A stretch of DNA of 57,568 nt, counting the filler, from Squatina squatina (lineage: Eukaryota): NCBI GenBank assembly GCA_031763465.1. It is 3 parts of 3 records of this genome, joined end to end, with 100 filler letters (N's around TTAATTAATTAA, not from the genome) between each part and the next. Parts side by side here need not be neighbours in the genome. Positions count along the whole stretch, not along the records: positions 43,385 to 57,568 come from JARFOE010000016.1; 2 more parts are not named here. One strand, written 5' to 3'. This document shows, piece after piece, positions 47,640-57,568 of this stretch (positions within the stretch are counted from its first letter, which is position 1; each line of letters begins with the position of its first letter). The notes beneath the pieces were generated by a model. That model was not told the origin of the DNA, ran no database searches, and saw only the letters and a program-made list of their open reading frames with translations. The translations under genes were made by a program, and so were the position numbers.

Positions 47640-47910
47640 TTCCACATATATGCTGACATCACTATCCCATCACCTCCTCCTTCAACTCCAAGGTCATTGA
47701 CACTCGCTCCTATTGCTGGTCTGACATTACGACCCGGATACGCAAGAACCTCCTCCAGCTTAAGATTGACATAATAGAAGCCACCTTCTTCAGCTCCCCA
47801 AAACACCCATGCACCTCGGCCCTCAACCTCCCTGACATGCAGCTCAACCCGAGCTCAGTATCTTCGCTCATATCTAATCCATTATCAAGATTGTCGTCTT
47901 CTACCTCTGC
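47640..47910 (+). mobile_element. L2 LINE fragment
   Basis: F.IYAD.T...LLVDI.TW...NLLQLKID.IEA..F...ARNLG.IFD-like degenerate L2 RT. Confidence 0.55.
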
Positions 47911-48549
47911 NNNNNNNNNNNNNNNNNNNNNNNNNNNNNNNNNNNNNNNNNNNNNNNNNNNNNNNNNNNNNNNNNNNNNNNNNNNNNNNNNNNNNNNNNN
48001 NNNNNNNNNNCCAACGTGGCGCTAACCAATTGGGAATCTTTAATGTTTAAATTATTGGAAAAAATGCATTTTTCTGTTCTTTTAAAAGTCTGATGCTGAT
48101 AAAAGCAGGCCTTGTGCCTTACACCTGCTTTTATCAGGCGTAAGAATTTCACGGGCATTCGTTGGGCAGAAGTTGGGCAAATAGCTCAAATCTCCGCCAG
48201 CAAATGCCCATTTCTGTCAGGTTCATTCGATCTGTCAGGAGAATTCTTGACAGATCACAAGTTCCGGGTTTCGACGCATGCCTAACCCCGGAACTTGGAG
48301 AATGCACCTCATACTCCCGTAGGGGCCACAAATTCAGCCCCATTGATTTAGATTTGCTGTAGATTTTGCTTTTTGAGAATAATAGAAGTTAGTATTCAAA
48401 GAGAAAAATAATTAACTGCATGATTATACATTTACCCTCAAATGTAACAAAACCCATTGGGAATGTTGTCTTCTACAAAAAACCTTTAACACAGAAGCTT
48501 TCACACCAAGTACTAACCTGAAGCTTTCTGAACATCAGAACTGGATAAC

Positions 48550-48740
48550 AACAAAAACTTGCATTTATCTAGCACCTTTAATGTAGTAAAATGTTGCAAG
48601 GCGCTTCATAGTAGCATTAACAAACAAAATTTGACATCGAGCTACATAAGGAGATATTAGGCCAGGTGACCAAAAGCTTGGTCAAAGCGGTAGGTTTAAG
48701 GGGCACGTTAAAGGAGGAAAGAGAGGCGGAGAGGTTAAAG
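48550..48740 (-). mobile_element. L2 LINE 3' end
   Basis: aacttgcatttatctagcacctttaatgtagtaaaatg...aaggcgcttca is the same tail as the SINE copies, continuing into LINE-like sequence. Confidence 0.6.
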
Positions 48741-51700
48741 NNNNNNNNNNNNNNNNNNNNNNNNNNNNNNNNNNNNNNNNNNNNNNNNNNNNNNNNNNNN
48801 NNNNNNNNNNNNNNNNNNNNNNNNNNNNNNNNNNNNNNNNNNNNNNNNNNNNNNNNNNNNNNNNNNNNNNNNNNNNNNNNNNNNNNNNNNNNNNNNNNNN
48901 NNNNNNNNNNNNNNNNNNNNNNNNNNNNNNNNNNNNNNNNNNNNNNNNNNNNNNNNNNNNNNNNNNNNNNNNNNNNNNNNNNNNNNNNNNNNNNNNNNNN
49001 NNNNNNNNNNNNNNNNNNNNNNNNNNNNNNNNNNNNNNNNNNNNNNNNNNNNNNNNNNNNNNNNNNNNNNNNNNNNNNNNNNNNNNNNNNNNNNNNNNNN
49101 NNNNNNNNNNNNNNNNNNNNNNNNNNNNNATGGGATTAGACTAGCAGACAAACACTGGCGCAGACTTGATGGCCTGCTTCTATGCTGTAACACTCTATGA
49201 CTCTATACAGGAATGGAATAATAATACATATTAGATGTAAAATTTGTTCGCAAATTAATTTCTTGAAGCTGCAGTGACAACATCACAGCTTTGAATACTC
49301 TTCCACAATGGTCATAATATAGGTGCTTGTACGTCAGCTTAATGCACAATCTTGGAACCACTTAAAAATGGAGACACCTTACTTTAGTTTGAAATTAAAC
49401 ACTTGATCAACGGCCATTTATTCTGTTATTTGTTATTTTACTAGTAGCTGACATATTATCTTAGTATTAAAAGAATGTGGAATTTAAAAAGAGTGAAATA
49501 TATAGCAATTATAAAGAGAACATTCAAGTCTTCTGCCTATATGTCAAGTAACTGATAAAAGCACTCAAGGTTACACATCTTACATTTTATTTAAACACTA
49601 TGATTTAAGAGCCTAGGATGCAAGTTCTTTCATTTCTCTCAACAGCACAGCAATCTTAAAATTCCTTACAAAATTTTAAAATACAAAATGTACATGAAAT
49701 TACAAGGCTCTGTAAACATCTGCAAAACAGTTGACTTAGCCTGTAGTAGTTTTGCTCCTTCTACAAAACATACAATTGTTGAACAAATCCGACCGTTAGG
49801 AATGACATCTGTTTTGAGTATCAAAAATAGAGTTTTAAAGCAAGTGTTCACACCAGCAAGTGAAAGTTTTTATTCTTTGGTTAAAAAAAGGATGGCAGTT
49901 CCATTGACATAGTAATGCTTTCCAAAGGATGAACATAATTGCACTGAAGCTAGTTTCAGTTCCAAATTATACAATCCTATTCCATCCTTTTTGTAACTAA
50001 CATGATTATAGTCCAGTACCCATAAATGTAGTTTACTTTACTAAAATGCAACCACAGTTCATTGAAATTTATAGATTTTTTTTCTTGTAGCTTTTGAACA
50101 AAAGAAGAATTAAGGCTTTCCTACAGCTTTCCAAACATTCTACGTTAGTCAGGAAACTTTTTCTTTTAAAAAATACACATCAGAGCAGTACAGAGGGTAC
50201 CACATACATCAAGCTTATTTTTTTTTTTTTAAAAAGAATACCAACAGGCCAAAACCCCAACGTGCTGTTTACAAAACTAAATTTGCATAGCCTAATAAGT
50301 CTGTGCTTTTACGACAATCGATTAAAACAACTGAGATTCATAAAAGTTGTATTTTTCTACACTCCTATGAANNNNNNNNNNNNNNGACCCTTGTACGTAA
50401 TCCTTAACAAAGCAGATACATAGGAGTGGTTGTCCACAGCTATAGATTTTTTTTTTAGGATTTTAGTTTTTTTTTCTCAAGCAGTTCTAGAATTTCTACG
50501 TCTTCAGGCGTCAAGGTAATTTGAAGGCATCGGGAGGTTCAGTGCATAGGATTTTCTGGGGGGTGTACAGGCTTCCGTACACTAGTACAGTACAGTTTCA
50601 CAAGTCATTCCAGAGGATTTGCAAAGAAAACTTGGATGGTGTGCCAGTCATTACAAACTCCACATGCTAAGATATCCAAGGTCAAAAGCTAAGGCAGGAA
50701 AACAGTCTAAACTTTCATAGATTTCTTTATGCAATAAGATATATTGTGAAATAAAACATGTCTGCACACTATATGGTACTGGTTCAGTACACGGAGATGA
50801 AAGCAACTGAACCTTTCACTACTGCATAAGCGCTATCTAACATTAAGAGTGATACTCAGCTCAGAGCTTCCGATTACAGAGATCAGTGGCATTAAAAAAT
50901 TATCCTGCTCAGTTAGCCATTTTATATTTGTTAGAATAATGTTTTTATTGGTACCTAACCAAACAATAATCTAATTGTAATTTGGCAGTTAGAAGATCGA
51001 CCCTAAACTCATAAAAGCTCACAATATAATTACTCCCAATTAACAATGAATAGGACATTTCACTGGCCCCGCAGTAATCCGAATTGTGCTCAGATGTGTT
51101 GTTCTTTTGGGATGGGTAGTAAAATTAAACATTTTCATGTGTTCTTTTTATATTCCTCATGTATGGTGCAGATTTCTTTTGCATTTAACAAGCAATTTCC
51201 TTAGCATTGCAAGCAAATAAAAAACAAAATTTATTATGCTGACAAAAATAAAAGCAACCTTTGTTTCACCTTTTATATTACATCATCTCCTGCCTTGTTC
51301 TTTAAACTGCATTTATGCTATTTCATAAAACAGTCTTTGAGTGTGCTTTCGGCATGAAACAGATGCAGACTGGCCTAATAATGGAGCTGTATCATTTGAA
51401 TTTTATTTGTTTTTATATAAATGTTTAGACTGGTATTCTATATCAGTGACTATTGCATTGTTTTTATAAATAGTTGATGATTAGGGANNNNNNNNNNNNN
51501 NNNNNNNNNNNNNNNNNNNNNNNNNNNNNNNNNNNNNNNNNNNNNNNNNNNNNNNNNNNNNNNNNNNNNNNNNNNNNNNNNNNNNNNNNNNNNNNNNNNN
51601 NNNNNNNNNNNNNNNNNNNNNNNNNNNNNNNNNNNNNNNNNNNNNNNNNNNNNNNNNNNNNNNNNNNNNNNNNNNNNNNNNNNNNNNNNNNNNNNNNNNN

Positions 51701-53598
51701 NNNNNNNNNNNNNNNNNNNNNNNNNNNNNNNNNNNNNNNNNNNNNNNNNNNNNNNNNNNNNNNNNNNNNNNNNNNNNNNNNNNNNNNNNNCTGCTCCTTC
51801 GTAGGACTTTCTTGATGTCAACCAGTGGAGATTCACGTGTCACATGGGCTATTGCAAATGACCAAAACACTTTAAAAGCACTTGAAATCCTCTGCAAACT
51901 GTAGTCATTTAACTTGTTATATTTCAATGGCTTCAACTTAAATCCTGTACATAGTAAAAGTTATTTATTCCAGAAGCCCCACTACAAAATGCATCAATTC
52001 TATGAAAGCTTCTGACAAACTCTAAAAGCTAAATTAGTAAGGCGCTTGTATTTGTGCTAACTTGAAGTACAGAGAAACATATCTACAAAGTTTCAAAAAC
52101 TCCTTGCATTTGGAATGTTATGTATCCCTGCCCCCCTCCCCAGCCCACCCCCCAATCCCGACCACATATTTCCATGATGGAATGGTCTGTTGAATCTACA
52201 GGATACCATTTTAAGTTTAGAAACAAATGCAGTACCACATTTGGCTTTGCTTCCTATTAACAAAGAATTGTTAGTCATTTTACATGATGGCTTCCATGAC
52301 ACTGGCTACACTGGACAGGTTTTCTTGTCTCTGGAAGTTTTCATTTTCAAGAAACCTTTTGCACAGTCTACAAGCTTAAACACTCTTCAGAATGACAAAA
52401 TGCAGAATNNNNNNNNNNNNNNNNNNNNNNNNNNNNNNNNNNNNNNNNNNNNNNNNNNNNNNNNNNNNNNNNNNNNNNNNNNNNNNNNNNNNNNNNNNNN
52501 NNNNNNNNGGCCAAGGAGCGGGTTTCACACCTTTGTCCCTGGAAGTAAATCATTCCCTGAAACTGTGATGCTAGTGCCATGGATGTGTGGTAAACATACT
52601 CTTCCTGGAGCAGAGAAAGGGTGCCAGTCAACAGCTCAATCTGATCCACTCACCAACTGGAGTTTGAGTCTGTCTGTCAACGGTGCTAGTTGTTAAATTC
52701 TGGGACAGATTATGTATGTGCCATTCTTATATTTAATCAACATCTTAAAAAAAAAAAATTCATGAGACTGAAAAGTGGAATCAATGATCAATTTTGGTGA
52801 GGTGCGATTTCACTTCAAAACATTCATCTTTCTTCAAGTAGTACCTATTGGAAAATCGTTTGGTTGTGCCAATAGATGATGTAATACTCAGGAACCAAAA
52901 ACACTTTGTTCAAAGTCATTTTCAACACCACTATGTTAATTGAGACAGCATTCATTTTTGAAGTACATGAGGATAATTGAATTTTTGCCAACACAGGTAA
53001 AAATATTCCTTTGCAAACTGGTTCAGGTCTGTCTGTGTATTATTTTTACACAATTCATATTGTATGTTATACATCATTACCTCACATGCCACCAAGACAA
53101 GACATTATATTTTCCAATATAGATATTTCTCACAGGTAAACTATTTACTTTAGGCCTGTAATGTACTCTCTGCATCTTGCTTAAGTAGGATGATGGGTTG
53201 TCCCATTCCATAAATATCTCTACAGACTCAATAATTGTCACTTACTGGAAAAGCACATGTGGCCTGGAAGGGAATAGGGTCACATAATGCTCACATTCCC
53301 TTTCCAAACCAGGTGAAAATCTACAAGTTCATTTTTGAAGGGAAATCCATAAGAAAATTTAAGTCAAAACAGGTTTTTAAATAGAAAGCAATCATTTGAT
53401 GCAATTTTAGTGCTAGTCCCAAAGTTGGATGATCAGCCATGATCATATTGAATGGCGGTGCAGGCTCGAAGGGCCTAATGGCCTACTCCTGCACCTATNN
53501 NNNNNNNNNNNNNNNNNNNNNNNNNNNNNNNNNNNNNNNNNNNNNNNNNNNNNNNNNNNNNNNNNNNNNNNNNNNNNNNNNNNNNNNNNNNNNNNNNN

Positions 53599-54287
53599 CA
53601 GGGATGCTCTCTCTGGTGTTGAAAATGGAGATGGATTACACACATTGTGATGTGTCAATGGAGGGGGTGCTGATAGACTTCCTAAACTCGTACTGTGTAG
53701 CTGTGGTGAGGTTTGTCCAGAGTGTGGAGAATGCCCCAGAGGATGAGCTGCTGTTGGAGTTGGTGATGAAGCTGGGCCTGGATTTGGAGAACAGTACATT
53801 TGCTGCATTTGTTGACATCCGAGGTTGATTTGAAGTGGCCCAGCTACATCAGGCTGATAAGATATTCTTTCATATCCCTGGCTAGAAGCAGAGTTCATGG
53901 GAAGACCTGGCTGTCCATTAAACATCATGTTAGATTGCATAGGCTGATAAGAAGGCCTGATAGGTGGAGCTGGTGTTGGGAAGGACTGATGCCCCAAGGA
54001 AGGCATAACGGGACATTCTGAACCTGGACTTATGCTTCTTGTTGGTAGGTGTGGCATACACGTTACTGATGGAGAAATCATAGGTGCATAAGTTTGCTGC
54101 ATTGGAGGACCAAGATTCCTCTGTGAAGTTGGTACCAAATTTTCATGAGGGTGTCCAATATCTGAGGAAGGCAGCTGGGACCCAACTTGATGTAGACCAG
54201 ATACACTAGCAGTGTGTGTAATAGATATTGGAAGAGTAGAAATGGTAGGCAATTCTATTTCATCAGTATGCTCCTGCTTGATTAAAA
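53599..54287 (-). CDS. NFATC3: NFATC3 large Pro/Ser/Gln-rich C-terminal exon, 3'-truncated by a gap
   Basis: ttttcttcacag|TT TTA ATC AAG CAG GAG CAT opens a 229-codon frame LIKQEHTDEIEL...PSSDIGHPHENL...SYQPMQSNMMFNG...INLGCQ...AHPLGHSPHSG...LSAPPPLTHHNVCNPSPF. Recalled human NFATC3 has LMKQEHREEIDL...SYQPMQTNVVYNG...VNLGCQ...LSAPSSLICHSLCDPASF. Confidence 0.9.
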
Positions 54288-54419
54288 CTGTGAAGAAAAT
54301 GGAAAAAAAATAAATGAAGGTGTACCGACAAACACATGCCATGAACGTACCAATGCACCCCAGTTTTCTCACTATTTCTCCTGAAGGTATGGTCTCATGT
54401 TGGAGTATGGTCCCTTAAG

Positions 54420-54710
54420 TATCATCTCAGCTAGCTCTCATCTAAGTCAGAATGCTGTGGGTTCAAGCCCCACTCCAGGACTTGAGTACACAATCTAGGC
54501 TGACACTTCAGTACAGTACTGCATGAATGATGCATTGTCAAAGGGGCAATTATTCAGATCAAATGTTAAACTGAGGACCTGTCTGACTGTTCTGGTGATT
54601 CACATGGACATAAAGATCTCCTGGCACTATTCGATGACAAGCAAGAATTTCTCCTCTCAAACACCACCATTAAAAACAGATCAATTGGTTATTCAGTTCA
54701 CTGCTATTTC
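54420..54710 (+). mobile_element. DeuSINE-like SINE (diverged)
   Basis: Homologous to 32943-33372: gtgggttcaagccccactccaggacttgag...aatctaggctgacact...aaagatctcctggcactatt. Confidence 0.7.
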
Positions 54711-56574
54711 NNNNNNNNNNNNNNNNNNNNNNNNNNNNNNNNNNNNNNNNNNNNNNNNNNNNNNNNNNNNNNNNNNNNNNNNNNNNNNNNNNNNNNNNNN
54801 NNNNNNNNNNNNNNNNNNNNNNNNNNNNNNNNNNNNNNNNNNNNNNNNNNNNNNNNNNNNNNNNNNNNNNNNNNNNNNNNNNNNNNNNNNNNNNNNNNNN
54901 NNNNNNNNNNNNNNNNNNNNNNNNNNNNNNNNNNNNNNNNNNNNNNNNNNNNNNNNNNNNNNNNNNNNNNNNNNNNNNNNNGCCCAATTTTTCTCCTCCT
55001 TAGCCCAGGTGCACTGAAGCCAAGTTGAACATCCCTACTTCGATCCGTGAATTCAGCACACACCAGGGACTAAATCTCCTGACCCGTGGCTCCGGGTCAT
55101 ACAAGGTAGTACTTTTATCACTCCGTCATTAATGGTGAAGTTTTAACATTCTGAGCACAATAATGTGAATTGTGCTACTTTGTAATAAGTGCAACTTTAT
55201 GGGGAGGTTCCTTTTTCATCTTTTAGAAACTGATTTAAAAACCTGTAATTACTGTTACTGCTCATACATCCTTTCCTATTGTAATACAAACTTTTATCTA
55301 GTCAAAAGTGTAGCTCAGCAGTAGAGGGCTCAGTCAAGGAGAAGACAGCTGCTTAAATGCATAAACACTACAACAGAATGCACCTGCTTTTCAAGCCAAC
55401 TCAGTTCCACAAATTATGAACATGCTCTTAAACTGGGGCCACAAGATTCCTGGTGATTCCTATGTAAATTGCATTCGGCATATAAATTAGACACATTAAT
55501 ATAAAGAAAATAAGGCAAAAACTAACAATGTAGGACTTTTTTTTTTTAAATAACCCTTGTTTTGAAAGCACTGTTCATATACCCCCACTATGACAGAACT
55601 GTAAAGTGTCAAGCACGGGAGGACAACTCAAAACAAAGGTTGTTTTTAAAGCTACTTAATTTTTACCTTACTTATCGAGTTTTCAAATGAGTGTGTTAAA
55701 ATCATTCTATAGTCATGTTACTTAGACTAATTTTTGTCAGTGGAATTTACGAACTGGTAGAGGGATAACACAGCTATAGTAGTTAGGAAACAAGAAAAAT
55801 TCTGAATCAAGTCATATTTTGCAGTGTAGCCAGATGGCATCACAAACTTCAGAACACTGGTAGTTTGTCTCCATTTAAACATATCGAATAGTTTGTGAAC
55901 CCTGCCAATGACTGTTAACAGCTGCTTTCAACATCTCTACCCAACTTAACTTTGAAGACATGTGCACAACCACTTATACTGCTTCCAGTGCTCCATTTAA
56001 AAGTTTCATATTCACTAAAAGGTTAAGCATTTTGATATTGTAAGATGAAGTTGTTTTTCTTGTGCATGCTAATGCACAAATTTTAGAAAAATACACTCGT
56101 GGGTCTCCCATGACATTGCTCATTTAGTTGGAGGATATGTTTTGTTATAATGACAGCAAGGTTGCGCCATGTAATGCACAACTTCTTATAATATGGTTGA
56201 CGTTCCGCACCATTTCTCACAAACAAGAAAAATATACCTCTATTCCTATAATTTTACTATAAAAAGTTAGTCATTACACAGTCCAATCTTAATCCACAGG
56301 TATGCACATGAAGATCATCTTCTGGCAAACTTTGTTACATGCATCCTGAAACTGCAAATTTCATAATAAATGATTTGTCTCTTTTATTTTAATCTCCTGT
56401 CAAAAATCTATTGTGTACAAATGACTCTCCTGGCTACCAACTTTAATCTTTGTTTGCACATATAAATACTCAAGACAGACAATACAATAGCTGTCTTTTT
56501 TTAAGTCAGCAAAATACCATAAAAATAAGTTATTTTACAAGGTTTCCAGAATTTAGAAGGTTTGAAAACCCTGA

Positions 56575-56674
56575 AAATGGTTGCCATGAAAATGAACTTA
56601 TAGAGTGCGTTCGGGATTGTTTCCTAGAGCAATATGTTATGGAGCCGACCAGGGAACAGGCTATCCTAGATCTG
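56575..56674 (+). mobile_element. CR1 LINE endonuclease fragment
   Basis: ELIECVRDCFLEQYVMEPTREQAILDL. Confidence 0.8.
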
Positions 56675-57568
56675 NNNNNNNNNNNNNNNNNNNNNNNNNN
56701 NNNNNNNNNNNNNNNNNNNNNNNNNNNNNNNNNNNNNNNNNNNNNNNNNNNNNNNNNNNNNNNNNNNNNNNNNNNNNNNNNNNNNNNNNNNNNNNNNNNN
56801 NNNNNNNNNNNNNNNNNNNGGGAGAGTAAATAATATCCGAAAATGAGATGAAAAATAGTTTCACTTTGAAAGGGGACCTTAACTTTGTATTATCACTTTT
56901 AGCCTTTTTCTAAAACAAACCAATTCTTAAAACTGAAGATTTGAGACAAGTAACCAAAAAGGCTTGGCTGCTTTACTTCAAATGCTCACATGACGGCAAA
57001 AGCCTACACATTTCACACTGCTTTCCCATTGCTTTGGGTGCCATACGCCCACACGTACACTGTTGTTAGCGATAAATTATTTGCGACAAGTTCAAGCCTC
57101 AGCTTCTGCCACTCAGTTTAGCAGAAGACCGTGGTTTACAGATAATAACTGGTTGCTGCTTAGCAGTACAACAAGCCACTTCCTGCCAACACCTGTCCTG
57201 ATCCATCATTGGTCCAGTAAACATTTCTTACAATGAAAACAGGAAACTCATCAAGTGGGCTGCTTTATGAGCACTCGGCTTTGGTGAAATAATGTTAATA
57301 CTACAGCTAAACGTAGGGCATTATTCACACAAACAGACATAATAGGAGAAATTTAACTCTCTCCTATTGGCTGGAAAGGAGCAGGGGAACAGTTAAAATT
57401 GAGCGGCTCCATTTCCTGCCGATTCTCCACTTTAATGCTGCTGGTTTCAGCAGAGAATGAGGCTCCTACGGAAGCTTCATTATAAATGTAAACCGGAGTC
57501 CCATGACTTACATGGGACCCCAAAGGCATTTTTATTCGCCCCTGCCAAGTAAAGCAGTTGGGAAGCCA

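Noticed and set aside
52509-52700. Possible last NFATC3 coding exon
   Set aside because: The expected VNEIIG-type peptide was not found in any frame examined; the exon is probably in a gap.
1-57568. Prokaryotic-type systems (CRISPR arrays, operons, phage genes)
   Set aside because: No regularly spaced repeats or dense ORFs were seen; the sequence is intron-rich vertebrate DNA.

Overview
Gap-rich eukaryotic draft scaffold, probably from a cartilaginous fish (inferred from the repeat families). It is made of many short contigs joined by mostly 100-N gaps, plus two artificial N44-TTAATTAATTAA-N44 linkers (28113-28212, 43285-43384) that split it into three blocks. Block 1 (1-28112) carries exons of GFOD1 (-), SIRT5 (+, three exons, one with a GC donor) and RANBP9 (-, three exons), in the order of human 6p23. 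It also holds an isolated, intact SRPRA exon inside a RANBP9 intron. Block 2 (28213-43284) is mostly repeats with two unassigned candidate exons. Block 3 (43385-57568) holds the convergent 3' ends of ESRP2 (+) and NFATC3 (-). The main biological observation is at ESRP2. A 117-nt stop-containing cassette exon encodes the familiar ...QAPKEWVCL* tail. It is followed by a phase-compatible terminal exon encoding the missing second half of a fourth qRRM, suggesting a splicing switch between 3-RRM and 4-RRM isoforms. The rest is CR1/L2 LINE, DeuSINE-type SINE, Harbinger-like, hAT-like and Penelope-like debris. Gene identities come from recalled vertebrate protein sequences, not from a database search, and repeat boundaries are approximate.
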